From assembly GCA_046074525.1 (NCBI GenBank), contig JBJTOK010000010.1, forward strand, positions 86,541 through 150,540: a stretch of DNA of 64,000 bases, written 5' to 3'. The translations under genes and the position numbers were made by a program. Positions 22,243 through 32,277 of the stretch are shown piece after piece. Under the pieces are notes generated by a model. That model searched no databases, was not told the origin of the DNA, and saw only the letters and a list, made by a program, of their open reading frames with translations. Source of the DNA: Flavobacteriales bacterium. GTDB taxonomy: Bacteria > Bacteroidota > Bacteroidia > Flavobacteriales_C > GCA-002722245. The stretch's first letter is position 1. Each line of letters starts with the position of its first letter.

Positions 22243-22954
22243 TTCTCAGTTGTCGAAGGTATAATTGAATAGTATTTTCCAATCCAAAATACAAGGCATC
22301 GGCAATCAGAGCGTGACCGATAGACACTTCTTGTAAATACTTAATATTCTTAGCATAGTATTGCAGATTTTCCAGATTCAAATCATGTCCGGCGTTCAAT
22401 CCCAATCCTACTTCAAAAGCTTTTTCTGCTGCTTTCTGATAAGGAAGAATGGCCTTTTCCTTGTTTTTAGGATAGTTAAAAGCGTAGGCTTCGGTGTACA
22501 ATTCAATCCTGTCGCAACCGGTTTTTGCTGCCCACTCTATCTGTTCCTCATTGGTTTCCATAAAGACAGAAGTGCGGATTCCCTGACTTTTAAAGGTTTT
22601 CACCACATCTTGTAAAAAGGAAAAATTCTTTTTCGCATCCCATCCCGCATTGGAAGTAATCGCATGCGGCGGATCGGGAACCAAAGTCACCTGATCAGCT
22701 TTCACTTCCAACACCATCTTTATGAAATCATCAGAAGGGTAGCCTTCGATGTTAAATTCAGTTTTAACGATTTTTTTTAATTCGTAAACATCGGCGTAAC
22801 GAATGTGTCGTTCATCCGGTCGGGGATGAACGGTAATGCCCTGCGCACCAAATCTTTCACAATCCTTTGCTACCTGAATAACGTCGGGAACATTGCCTCC
22901 CCTTGAGTTGCGAAGGGTAGCTATTTTATTGATATTTACACTTAATCGCGTCAT
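22226..22954 (-). CDS. pdxJ: Pyridoxine 5'-phosphate synthase
   Basis: [21 protein letters not shown]...[12 protein letters not shown], characteristic of PdxJ. Confidence 0.9.
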   Translation of the reverse strand: MTRLSVNINKIATLRNSRGGNVPDVIQVAKDCERFGAQGITVHPRPDERHIRYADVYELKKIVKTEFNIEGYPSDDFIKMVLEVKADQVTLVPDPPHAITSNAGWDAKKNFSFLQDVVKTFKSQGIRTSVFMETNEEQIEWAAKTGCDRIELYTEAYAFNYPKNKEKAILPYQKAAEKAFEVGLGLNAGHDLNLENLQYYAKNIKYLQEVSIGHALIADALYFGLENTIQLYLRQLRNAAEL

Positions 22955-23024
22955 GAATGGAACTTAATATGAAAGCAAAAGTAAAAAATACTGAGTATGT
23001 TTGTTCCATTAACCAAGTATCTGC

Positions 23025-23690
23025 GTGCAAGCAAAAGAATTAATATCCTATGACATTCCCTCCCTCAAGCCTGAGGACAGTGGCGACACTACCCTTGCAA
23101 TGATGGATGAATACAGGGTTTCCCACATTGCACTGGTGAAAGACGGAGAATATCTGGGACTCATTTCCGACAACGATATTTATAATTTCTTTGAAGATAC
23201 TGGTGAAGAGATCAAAATTCAGAAGCTCTCCCTCATGCGGCCTTTTGTTAAAGTACAAAACCACGTGTTGGAAGTTGTAAAAATCATGGGTGAAGCAAGA
23301 ATTTCCGTGATTCCGGTACTTGATGATAAAGAAACCTACATTGGTTCCATTCTCTCGCAAGACGTAGCCTATGCCATGTCGAAACTCATTTCTGCCAACG
23401 AACCAGGCGGTGTGATTGTACTTGAAGTAAATGTAAACGATTATTCCCTGTCGCACATCGCCCAGATTGTAGAATCGGATGGCGGTAAAATATTGAGCTG
23501 CTCTACTTCTACTCCCAATGAATCCACTAAACTGGAAGTAGTATTGAAAATCAATAAAATCGATTTGTCACGCATCATTCAAACTTTCGATCGCTTTAAA
23601 TACAACATCAAGGAAAGTTATCACCAAAGTACCTTCGATGAGGATTTACAAAGACGTTACGATTTGTTTATGAACTATCTCAACATGTAA
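23025..23690 (+). CDS. CBS-domain pair protein
   Basis: Two CBS-like segments; the conserved Bacteroidetes neighbour of pdxJ/nadK. The exact start is uncertain. Confidence 0.55.
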   Translation: MQAKELISYDIPSLKPEDSGDTTLAMMDEYRVSHIALVKDGEYLGLISDNDIYNFFEDTGEEIKIQKLSLMRPFVKVQNHVLEVVKIMGEARISVIPVLDDKETYIGSILSQDVAYAMSKLISANEPGGVIVLEVNVNDYSLSHIAQIVESDGGKILSCSTSTPNESTKLEVVLKINKIDLSRIIQTFDRFKYNIKESYHQSTFDEDLQRRYDLFMNYLNM

Positions 23691-23692
23691 TA

Positions 23693-25093
23693 ATGTTTAA
23701 AGCATTTGCAGCAACAGGACTTTTGTTTTTTTGTTGTTTTATGCTTTACGGTCAGACAGAAGAAAAACGCTATGTTATTGGCACTATCGACGTACACGGC
23801 AATAATACCACGCAACTTTATATCATTGAAAAGGAAGTAACTTTTAAAAGCGGGGATACACTAACATTGAATGATCTAAATCGCCGCATCAACCAATCGA
23901 AACAAAACCTCCTCAACACTTCCCTCTTCAATTTTGTAGAGATTACTATTGAAACCAAAGAATCAACCATCAATGTGCTCATCGACGTGAAAGAGCGATG
24001 GTACTTATGGCCGCAACCCATTGCATTGGTGGAAGACAGAAATTTTTTCGACTGGTGGCAGTACCGGACCCTGGATCGTTTGAGCTATGGCTTATACCTC
24101 AATCAATACAATTTATGGGGCCGCCGCGAATCCCTGCAACTTAAGCTCAAATTCGGTTATTCCCAGGAAATCGGCATGACTTATAAAATCCCCTATCTCA
24201 TCAAAACCAAAAATCATGGACTCAACATTTCATTTCTCGCGATAAGACGACATGAGCTTTACTACAAAAGCGTCAATGACAAGATCATTTACATGAAGGA
24301 TCACGACAAAATCATGCGAACCGAATTCAACGCCTATTTAGAATATGTTTTCCGCAAGAAATTATATCAACAGCATTCTCTGCGTTTAGATTTTGATGAT
24401 GTAGCAGTACAGGACACGATAGTGAGTGAGGCTGAAAACCCCTATTACCTCATCGACGGAAAGAATAAAGCAGCCTATCTTTCATTGCGCTATTATTATA
24501 AAAAGGATCGCCGGGATTCGAAAAACTATCCTCTTACCGGCTACGATTATGATATAGAAATCCGCAAAACAGGATTTAACTTCAGTCCGGGTCATATCAA
24601 CACCGCCTCCATCATTATTAACGCTGAAAAATTCTGGAAATTCAGGGAGAGATTTTATTATGCTGCCGGACTCCGCGGAAGAATATTCACCACTCCTTCA
24701 GCTCCATTCTATATTGCAAAAGGGCTGGGCTTTTCACCTGATTATGTGGTGCGCGGTTATGAACCTTACCTCATCAGCGGCACCGATTTCCTGATTCTTA
24801 AAACCAATCTTAAATACCAGCTTATTAAACCACACATCATCAAAATCCCTTATCTCACGCTAGAAAAATTCAACACCTTTCATTATGAGCTTTACATCAA
24901 TGCCCTGTTCGACATGGGCTATATAAAAGACAATACTTACACTGCCACGAATTCACTTGGAAACACTTTATTGCTGGGCTACGGACTCGGACTCGATTTT
25001 GTCACTTATTACGACAAAGTTCTGCGGGTGGAATATTCAGTAAATAAAAAAGGACTATCGGGGATTTATGTTAGCTTTATAGCTCCTATTTAA
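23693..25093 (+). CDS. Outer-membrane beta-barrel protein with N-terminal POTRA-like domain (Omp85/TamA-like)
   Basis: Signal peptide, then a POTRA-like module (IGTIDVHGNNTTQLYIIEKEVTFKSGDTLTLNDLNRRINQSKQNL), then ~350 aa rich in aromatic/alternating beta-strand pattern ending ...GIYVSFIAPI. Confidence 0.4.
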   Translation: MFKAFAATGLLFFCCFMLYGQTEEKRYVIGTIDVHGNNTTQLYIIEKEVTFKSGDTLTLNDLNRRINQSKQNLLNTSLFNFVEITIETKESTINVLIDVKERWYLWPQPIALVEDRNFFDWWQYRTLDRLSYGLYLNQYNLWGRRESLQLKLKFGYSQEIGMTYKIPYLIKTKNHGLNISFLAIRRHELYYKSVNDKIIYMKDHDKIMRTEFNAYLEYVFRKKLYQQHSLRLDFDDVAVQDTIVSEAENPYYLIDGKNKAAYLSLRYYYKKDRRDSKNYPLTGYDYDIEIRKTGFNFSPGHINTASIIINAEKFWKFRERFYYAAGLRGRIFTTPSAPFYIAKGLGFSPDYVVRGYEPYLISGTDFLILKTNLKYQLIKPHIIKIPYLTLEKFNTFHYELYINALFDMGYIKDNTYTATNSLGNTLLLGYGLGLDFVTYYDKVLRVEYSVNKKGLSGIYVSFIAPI

Positions 25094-25114
25094 GAATTTA
25101 ACTAAAAAGTGGGT

Positions 25115-25990
25115 ATGAAACTGGCCATCTTTGGAAAAGAATACAACGAAAAGAAAAAAGATATTTTTCTCGATTTTTTCCGTTACCTCGATGCCCATAA
25201 AAATATCGACTATTGTATTTATGAGCCCTTTCTTCAAAAGATTTCGGACAAGATTTCCTTTCTTGAAAGCGCTGCCACATTCAACTCACCGGAAGAGATC
25301 AAAGACATCGATTTCCTTTGCAGCTTGGGTGGCGACGGCACCATCCTGGAATCCTTGCTGCTGGTGCAAACCGGCACTCCCATTATTGGCATTAATACAG
25401 GTCGCCTCGGCTTCCTTTCCAGCATCACCTCCCCAGACACACTCAGCTCCATTGAAAGCATATTGAATGGTGATTATTTTATCGATGAAAGGAGCCTGGT
25501 GAAAGTAAATGCCGGTGAAGATATATTTGGTAAAACCAACTTTGCACTTAATGAAATCACCATTCATAAAAAGGATTCTTCTTCGATGATCATCGTTCAT
25601 ACCTATATTGATGAGGAATACCTCGCTTCTTATTGGGCCGACGGGCTGATCATCTCCACGCCTACCGGCTCAACTGGTTATTCTCTGAGCTGCAACGGCC
25701 CCATTGTAATGCCACAATCAGGTGTTTTCATCATCACCCCTATTGCCCCTCATAATCTCAATGTCAGACCGCTGATTATACCCAACACAAAAAAAATCCG
25801 ACTTACAATGGAAGGAAGAGGAGGAGAATTCCTGATCTCACTGGATTCCAGGAATTATAGCATTGATGAGAAAACCGAGTTGATCATCGAGAAGGAAGAA
25901 TTCAAGGCGAATATTGTCCGTATCAAGGGCCACTCCTTTGCCAATACCTTGCGAAATAAGCTCAGTTGGGGCTTGGATACCAGGAACTAA
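25115..25990 (+). CDS. nadK: NAD kinase
   Basis: GGDGT motif (LCSLGGDGTILE) and an NE/D short motif. The ATG at 25115 (MKLAIFG) is preferred over the GTG at 25109. Confidence 0.9.
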   Translation: MKLAIFGKEYNEKKKDIFLDFFRYLDAHKNIDYCIYEPFLQKISDKISFLESAATFNSPEEIKDIDFLCSLGGDGTILESLLLVQTGTPIIGINTGRLGFLSSITSPDTLSSIESILNGDYFIDERSLVKVNAGEDIFGKTNFALNEITIHKKDSSSMIIVHTYIDEEYLASYWADGLIISTPTGSTGYSLSCNGPIVMPQSGVFIITPIAPHNLNVRPLIIPNTKKIRLTMEGRGGEFLISLDSRNYSIDEKTELIIEKEEFKANIVRIKGHSFANTLRNKLSWGLDTRN

Positions 25991-26020
25991 TTTTTTTAAC
26001 GTTATATGGCTTAATTTTTT

Positions 26021-26028
26021 TATATTTG
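26021..26028 (+). promoter_or_regulatory. Candidate Bacteroidetes sigma-A -7 element (TATATTTG, exact match to TAnnTTTG)
   Basis: An exact TAnnTTTG match 23 nt upstream of the ATG at 26051 of the following beta-barrel gene. This supports the internal ATG over the GTG at 26036 given in the ORF track. Confidence 0.4.
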
Positions 26029-26050
26029 CCACTAAGTGAAAAACAAATCC

Positions 26051-26953
26051 ATGAAATATTGCTTCGCTTTTTTAAGTCTTATTATTTTGTCGACTTCGGC
26101 AAAAGCTCAAACTTATTCCCAATGGAAGAGACTTCGCTACGAAGTAACCTTTGGCCTTGGAATAGCTAATTTCCTTGGTGATTTGGGAGGTGCCAACAAT
26201 ATAGGAACAGATTATTTTGCCGACCTTGAAATCAACACCACCCGTCCCGCAGTAAACCTGGGGATGCGTTATAAACTTGATCCGCGACAGGCTGTTAAAG
26301 TTGACTTTACCTGGGGAATGATAGCGGGAGATGACAGGCTTACAGCCTGGCAAAACAGAAATAACCGTTTACTGCAATTCCGCTCCCACATTCTGGAATT
26401 TGGTGCCCGTTATGAGTTTATGGCGATTAAAGAACGTGTAGGTCACCGTTACAGATTAAGAGGTATCAAGGGGCAGAAACATTTGGAGCTTTATCCATAC
26501 GGGTTCATCGGAATCGCTGGATTTTATTTCAATCCGCAGGGCCTCAATCAGGACGGCACATGGAGATCGCTCCGCACACTTCACACTGAAGGTCAAACTC
26601 TCATCTCCACCCGTAAAGAATACAGTCAGTTCCAGTTCGCCATCCCAATGGGTGTCGGTTTTAAATACGCTATCGATAAACAATGGCTGGTAGGTGTTGA
26701 ATATGGAATGAGAAAAACTTTCACTGACTATATTGATGATGTAAGTACCACATACTTTGACAACCAAACCATTAAGGCCGTGCACGGATCAACTGCTGCT
26801 TACCTCGCTGACCCTAATTTCGGCGCTAACATTGATTACGCAGCTGGTCAGCAACGTGGCGACCCCACCGACAAGGACGTTTATATGTTCTTTTTGATTT
26901 CCATCAATTACAAGCTTAAAACCGGAAGAAATAACCTTCCGAAATTCAACTAG
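26051..26953 (+). CDS. Predicted outer-membrane beta-barrel protein (tandem paralog 1)
   Basis: Signal peptide MKYCFAFLSLIILSTSAKAQ. Shares the ...RKTFTDYIDDVSTTY... motif and overall pattern with the next gene. Terminal aromatic residue. Confidence 0.5.
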   Translation: MKYCFAFLSLIILSTSAKAQTYSQWKRLRYEVTFGLGIANFLGDLGGANNIGTDYFADLEINTTRPAVNLGMRYKLDPRQAVKVDFTWGMIAGDDRLTAWQNRNNRLLQFRSHILEFGARYEFMAIKERVGHRYRLRGIKGQKHLELYPYGFIGIAGFYFNPQGLNQDGTWRSLRTLHTEGQTLISTRKEYSQFQFAIPMGVGFKYAIDKQWLVGVEYGMRKTFTDYIDDVSTTYFDNQTIKAVHGSTAAYLADPNFGANIDYAAGQQRGDPTDKDVYMFFLISINYKLKTGRNNLPKFN

Positions 26954-27000
26954 GCAATTTTATCCTGCTGATGTCGTTGTACGGGCATAGAATTCACGTT

Positions 27001-27831
27001 ATGCTCTATAATTGCAAGAAGATTTTGCTCTTTTTACTGATGGCTGTTCCCATCAAGAGTTACTCTTCTTTTACCATACGGCCCTATTCGGAAGTCGGTA
27101 TTTTCGGCGGAGCTTCCTATTATCTTGGTGAATTAAACCACCAGCACTTCTCCCCCAAAATAATGCAAAGCGCCGTTGGTGCTTTTTATCGCTACAATCT
27201 CAATGGACACTACGCACTGCGGTCCTTTATCAATTGTACCGAAGTAAAAGGGTATGATGCATTTTCCGACAATGTTTTTGAGCAGCGGCGAGGGCTTTCC
27301 TTTGCCTCGGTAATCATAGAGGTAGGAACCGTGCTGGAATTCAATTTTTATGAATTTGCACTTTACAAGGACGCTAAACGTAAAATCACCCCCTTCGTTT
27401 TCGGCGGACTCAATTACTTTTATTTTAATCCGCAGGCCAATTTAAACGGCGCATGGGTGGATTTACAACCCCTGGGAACGGAGGGGCAGGGAACATCCGC
27501 CTTCCCCGACCGAAAAAAATATTTCCGACATCAGGTAGCCATCCCATTCGGACTGGGAATTAAAGTAAAAATGAATCGCTTCGCACTTACTGCCGAATGG
27601 GGTATCCGTAAAACATTTACTGATTACATCGATGATGTGAGTACTACCTACGTCGATCCCACCCTACTTTCCTCTTCAGCCGCCCAGCTGGCCAACCGCA
27701 GCAATATGTCGACGCAAGATCTTAAAGACAAGCAAAGGGGCAATAGTAAAAACACCGACTGGTACGTTTTCACGGGGCTCACCCTTTCTTTCAAACTGGG
27801 TAAAGAAGCCATCTGTAGAGATAGTAACTGA
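27001..27831 (+). CDS. Predicted outer-membrane beta-barrel protein (tandem paralog 2)
   Basis: Same family as 26051..26953 (IRKTFTDYIDDVSTTYVD, GxGIKxK motifs). The start could be 26971 or 27001. Confidence 0.5.
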   Translation: MLYNCKKILLFLLMAVPIKSYSSFTIRPYSEVGIFGGASYYLGELNHQHFSPKIMQSAVGAFYRYNLNGHYALRSFINCTEVKGYDAFSDNVFEQRRGLSFASVIIEVGTVLEFNFYEFALYKDAKRKITPFVFGGLNYFYFNPQANLNGAWVDLQPLGTEGQGTSAFPDRKKYFRHQVAIPFGLGIKVKMNRFALTAEWGIRKTFTDYIDDVSTTYVDPTLLSSSAAQLANRSNMSTQDLKDKQRGNSKNTDWYVFTGLTLSFKLGKEAICRDSN

Positions 27832-27915
27832 GCCTTACTGAACAAAGGGTTTTTAGTTTAAAAAAATATTGAAAAAAGAACTACATTTACACCGCTAAAA
27901 AAGCACTATTGACAG

Positions 27916-28659
27916 ATGTCATTACTGGAGAAAATAAACAAAAACACTGTCCCAAAGCATGTGGCCATCATCATGGATGGTAACGGCAGATGGGCCAAGA
28001 AGAAAGGAATGATGAGGGTCTTCGGCCACCAAAATGGCGTGAAGGCCGTTCGTGCAGCATTGGAAGCATCCGTAAAAAGTGGTGTCCAAAATCTTACCCT
28101 CTACGCCTTCTCCACCGAAAACTGGAACCGTCCGCAGGCTGAAATCAATGCTCTTATGGAACTATTGGTGGATACTATCAATGGTGAAACCAAAACACTA
28201 AATGAAAACAGCATCCGTTTACACACCATCGGAAACATTCAATCATTGCCCGAAAAATGCCAGAATAAATTGCAGGAAGCCATCAACAATACTAAGCATA
28301 ACACTAAACTCAATCTTATACTGGCATTGAGTTACAGCTCCAAATGGGAGATCACCAACGCTGTTAAAAACATGTGTGCCGATGTAGCATCCGGCAAATT
28401 GAAGCAAAACGAAATTGAGGAGAAAACCATCAGTGCTTATCTCAACACAGCTCCTTTCCCTGATCCTGAACTTATGATACGTACCAGTGGTGAATACAGG
28501 ATAAGCAACTTCCTGTTATGGCAGTTAGCCTATTCTGAGCTATATTTTACCGACACATTATGGCCCGATTTCAGAGAAGATGATTTCTTTAAGGCCCTGA
28601 TCGATTTCCAGCAAAGAGAACGAAGATTCGGAATGACAAGCGAGCAAATCACAGCATAA
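27916..28659 (+). CDS. uppS: Di-trans,poly-cis-undecaprenyl-diphosphate synthase
   Basis: HVAIIMDGNGRWAKKKG and the ERRFG C-terminus. Confidence 0.9.
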   Translation: MSLLEKINKNTVPKHVAIIMDGNGRWAKKKGMMRVFGHQNGVKAVRAALEASVKSGVQNLTLYAFSTENWNRPQAEINALMELLVDTINGETKTLNENSIRLHTIGNIQSLPEKCQNKLQEAINNTKHNTKLNLILALSYSSKWEITNAVKNMCADVASGKLKQNEIEEKTISAYLNTAPFPDPELMIRTSGEYRISNFLLWQLAYSELYFTDTLWPDFREDDFFKALIDFQQRERRFGMTSEQITA

Positions 28660-28662
28660 AAA

Positions 28663-31116
28663 ATGAAGTACTTACTCTCCATCACACTTTTACTGGTTTT
28701 CTCGCTCAGCGCGTTTTCACAGATCAATCAATCCACAAGCATTCAGCAAGAGTATATCATCGACAATATTGATGTTTCAGGCGAAAGCACCCTTCCTAAA
28801 GCCAGCATCGTGGCATGGTCGGGATTGTATGTAGGCGGTGTCTTTAAATGGCCGGGTGACCAGGCAGCCAGCGCCATCAAGAAATTGTGGGAAATCGGCT
28901 ACTTCGAAGATGTGGAAATCCTTTACACCAATATTGATGGTAACAGAATCAACCTGCTTATCGTGGTAAAGGAAAGACCCCGCCTTGGCACTTACGTATT
29001 TTCAGGAGTAGGCAAAACAGATAAAAAAGACCTGCGTGAAAAAATCAATTTGCAAAAAGACAAACCTGTCACCGATAACCTTTTGCTGAATACCAAAAAC
29101 CTCATCATTAAACATTATGCTGAAAAAGGAAGAGCCAATGCCAAGGTCGAGATCAAACAAAGCATCGATTCTGCCAAAGCCAATGTGGTTAACCTTACGA
29201 TCATTGTCGACAAAGGGGAAAAAGTAAAAATCCAGGATATCAATTTCCACGGAAACCTTGCCCTCAGCGATGCCAAACTGCGCAGCACTATGAAGGAAAC
29301 CAAGCGTTACAGATGGTGGAATGTATTCAAAGACGGTACTTTTTCAGAAACCGACTACCACACTGAGCTTGCTGAAATCATTAACAAATACAACACTAAA
29401 GGCTTCAGAGATGCACGCATCGTGGCCGATACCGTGAAGAAATTCAATGAAAAAAGACTTATCATCGACGTTCATATCGAAGAAGGCAAGAAATTTTATT
29501 TCCGCAACATCACCTGGACAGGGAACAGTAAATACACTACCGAAGAACTCAATCGCATATTGAGCATCAAGAAGGGCGATGTATACAACATGCAAAACCT
29601 GAATGCCAAACTTACAATGGATCCTAACGGACAAGATATCAGCTCACTCTATCTCGATGATGGTTACCTCTTCTTTAATATACAGCCAAAGGAAGTTAAA
29701 ATTGAAAATGACTCTGTAGATGTTGAACTCCGTATTTACGAAGGAAAGCAGGCTCGTATCAATAAAGTAACACTAATTGGAAATACAAAAACCAGTGATT
29801 TCGTGGTGATGCGTGAGATTCGCACCAAACCAGGACAGCTCTTCCGCCGATCAGATATCATCCGTTCACAAAGAGAACTTTCACAATTGAAATACTTCAA
29901 CGCTCAAAAAATGTCGGTGAATCCTAAGCCAAATCCGGCCGACGGAACAGTTGATATTGAATATATTGTAGAAGAACAACCTTCCGACCAGGTGGAGCTC
30001 TCAGCTGGTTATGGTGCTAATCGACTTATTGGTACACTAGGTTTGTCTTTCAATAATTTTTCCACCAAGAGGTTCAGTGATCCAAAATCATGGTCGCCAC
30101 TGCCTTCCGGTGATGGTCAAACACTAAGTATCCGTGCGCAATCTACAGGAACTTATTACAGCGGCGTTAATCTCTCCTTCATCGAACCATGGCTGGGTGG
30201 TAAAAAACCAAATTCACTGAGTGTTTCAGGATCATGGACAAAGTATAGCAGCACCAATTCCGACAATGGTTTGCCGGGGCACATGCAGGTAGCTACTGCG
30301 GCGATTGGTTTCGGACAAAGACTGAAAAAGCCGGATGACTTCTTCACTTTGCAAACCTCTCTGACTTACCAACTCTATAACATTGATAATTTCTCTGGCT
30401 TTGGCAGTCTGGCCAACGGTTTATCGAATAGCCTTTTCATAAAATTCGTCCTCTCCAGAAACTCCGTGGATCAGCCCATTTATCCGCGAAGCGGATCAAA
30501 CATCACCCTCACTGTACAAGGTACGCCACCATGGAATGCCATCATTACTAACTTTTTACCTGATATAGATCCTGCGAAATTCAACTGGATTGAATACAAC
30601 AAGGTTAAAGTTCAGGCTGAATGGTACAATAAGATTGTGGACAATTTAGTGCTCTACACTAAAATGAATTTCGGTATTCTCGGCAGATATGACCAGAATC
30701 TTGATTATTCTCCATTTGAGCGTTTTTACCTAGGAGGAAGCGGACTAGCCAACTTCAACGTCGATGGTCGTGAAATCATTTCCCTTAGAGGATCAACAGG
30801 TACCTATAACCAGGAAAACATCACACCTGTCAACGGAGGTGTGGCCGCCGTAAAATATACCATGGAACTGCGCTACCCAATTTCCTTGAATCCTAGTGCC
30901 ACTATTTTCGGACTCGCCTTTGCGGAAGGCGGAAGGGCATGGAGCAATGTATCCATGATGAGTCCTTTTGAAAGCCGCAAAGCTGCAGGGGTGGGTGTAA
31001 GAATTTTTATGCCGATGTTCGGCTTACTGGGACTGGATATGGGATATGGCTTTGATGCAATTAAACCGGGCTGGCAAACTACCTTCATGATTGGCGGTAA
31101 CTTCAGCGGTTGGTAA
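28663..31116 (+). CDS. bamA: Outer membrane protein assembly factor BamA
   Basis: 817 aa. Signal peptide, multiple POTRA repeats, and a C-terminal Omp85 barrel ending ...GGNFSGW. The conserved uppS-bamA-skp context. Confidence 0.9.
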   Translation: MKYLLSITLLLVFSLSAFSQINQSTSIQQEYIIDNIDVSGESTLPKASIVAWSGLYVGGVFKWPGDQAASAIKKLWEIGYFEDVEILYTNIDGNRINLLIVVKERPRLGTYVFSGVGKTDKKDLREKINLQKDKPVTDNLLLNTKNLIIKHYAEKGRANAKVEIKQSIDSAKANVVNLTIIVDKGEKVKIQDINFHGNLALSDAKLRSTMKETKRYRWWNVFKDGTFSETDYHTELAEIINKYNTKGFRDARIVADTVKKFNEKRLIIDVHIEEGKKFYFRNITWTGNSKYTTEELNRILSIKKGDVYNMQNLNAKLTMDPNGQDISSLYLDDGYLFFNIQPKEVKIENDSVDVELRIYEGKQARINKVTLIGNTKTSDFVVMREIRTKPGQLFRRSDIIRSQRELSQLKYFNAQKMSVNPKPNPADGTVDIEYIVEEQPSDQVELSAGYGANRLIGTLGLSFNNFSTKRFSDPKSWSPLPSGDGQTLSIRAQSTGTYYSGVNLSFIEPWLGGKKPNSLSVSGSWTKYSSTNSDNGLPGHMQVATAAIGFGQRLKKPDDFFTLQTSLTYQLYNIDNFSGFGSLANGLSNSLFIKFVLSRNSVDQPIYPRSGSNITLTVQGTPPWNAIITNFLPDIDPAKFNWIEYNKVKVQAEWYNKIVDNLVLYTKMNFGILGRYDQNLDYSPFERFYLGGSGLANFNVDGREIISLRGSTGTYNQENITPVNGGVAAVKYTMELRYPISLNPSATIFGLAFAEGGRAWSNVSMMSPFESRKAAGVGVRIFMPMFGLLGLDMGYGFDAIKPGWQTTFMIGGNFSGW

Positions 31117-31177
31117 TTTGGACCAAGCTTTGTAGTGATGCATTGAAATGTTTACCTTCACCGCACTTTTAAATTAA

Positions 31178-31681
31178 ATGAGAATACTGATCTTCATATC
31201 TTTCCTTTTCTTCAGCATTACATTGAATGCGCAGAAAGTAGGCTGCGTGGACACAAAGTATATTCTCGATCATATTCCTGAATACAAATCTGCACAAAGT
31301 AAACTCGAACAATTATCGGCCGAATGGCAGAAGGAAATTGAAGCCAAAAAAGCTTCAATAGAACAGATGTATAAAAACTACCAGGCCGATAAAATTCTTC
31401 TTTCTCAGGAGATGCGCCTGAAAAAAGAACAGGAAATTGAAAAGGCCGAAAAAGAACTAGAAGAACTCCAGGAAAAATATTTTGGTATCGATGGCGAACT
31501 GGTGAGGGAAAGAGAAAAATTGGTAAAACCCATACAGGATAAAGTCTTCTCAGCCATCAAACAGCTGGCTGAAGCCAAAGGTTATACACTCATTATAGAT
31601 AAAGCTGGCAGCACTTCGGTTTTGTATATCAGCTCGAAAAACGAACACAGTAACGATATTTTAAAACAACTCGGATATTAA
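31178..31681 (+). CDS. OmpH/Skp periplasmic chaperone
   Basis: Signal peptide plus a coiled-coil OmpH-like region; located downstream of bamA. Confidence 0.8.
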   Translation: MRILIFISFLFFSITLNAQKVGCVDTKYILDHIPEYKSAQSKLEQLSAEWQKEIEAKKASIEQMYKNYQADKILLSQEMRLKKEQEIEKAEKELEELQEKYFGIDGELVREREKLVKPIQDKVFSAIKQLAEAKGYTLIIDKAGSTSVLYISSKNEHSNDILKQLGY

Positions 31682-31698
31682 TATTAATCTTAACTAAA

Positions 31699-32250
31699 AT
31701 GAAAGCTCCTAAAATTCTCCTTACCCTAGCCATCGCTCTTTTTTGCAACATATCTTCTTTTGCTCAGCAAAAAATCGGACACGTTAATTCTACCGATATT
31801 GTAATGGCAATGCCAGAAAGGGATTCGATTAAAGTTCAACTGGAGCAACTACTTACTTTTTTCCAGACTGAACTTACCTCAAAAGAAGCTGAATACTCTT
31901 CAACTTTGAAAAAATACAAGGAAGACATCGCAAAAGGCGGGATGTCTCAAATGCTGAAAGATGCTACCGAAGCTAAATTGATGAGCTTGCAGGAAGAAAT
32001 CAATAACATCCAGCAAAATGCACAAACGCAGCTGCAGGAGCAAGAACAAAAAATGCTGGAACCACTTCAGAAAAAAGTAAATGATGCTATTGCAAAAGTG
32101 GCCAAAGCCAACAAATTCGCTTATATCATCGACATCAGCTCAGGCGTAGCCCTTTACTATGATGGTGGCATTGATGTAACCGGCATGGTGAAAAAGGAAA
32201 TGGGCATTGTTGTAGAAGCCCCTGCTGCAGGCACCGGAAAAACAAAATAG
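31699..32250 (+). CDS. OmpH/Skp periplasmic chaperone (second copy)
   Basis: Paralogous OmpH-like protein, the usual pair downstream of bamA in Bacteroidetes. Confidence 0.8.
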   Translation: MKAPKILLTLAIALFCNISSFAQQKIGHVNSTDIVMAMPERDSIKVQLEQLLTFFQTELTSKEAEYSSTLKKYKEDIAKGGMSQMLKDATEAKLMSLQEEINNIQQNAQTQLQEQEQKMLEPLQKKVNDAIAKVAKANKFAYIIDISSGVALYYDGGIDVTGMVKKEMGIVVEAPAAGTGKTK

Positions 32251-32277
32251 TATTTCCCGCAATTGCCGAAATGAATT

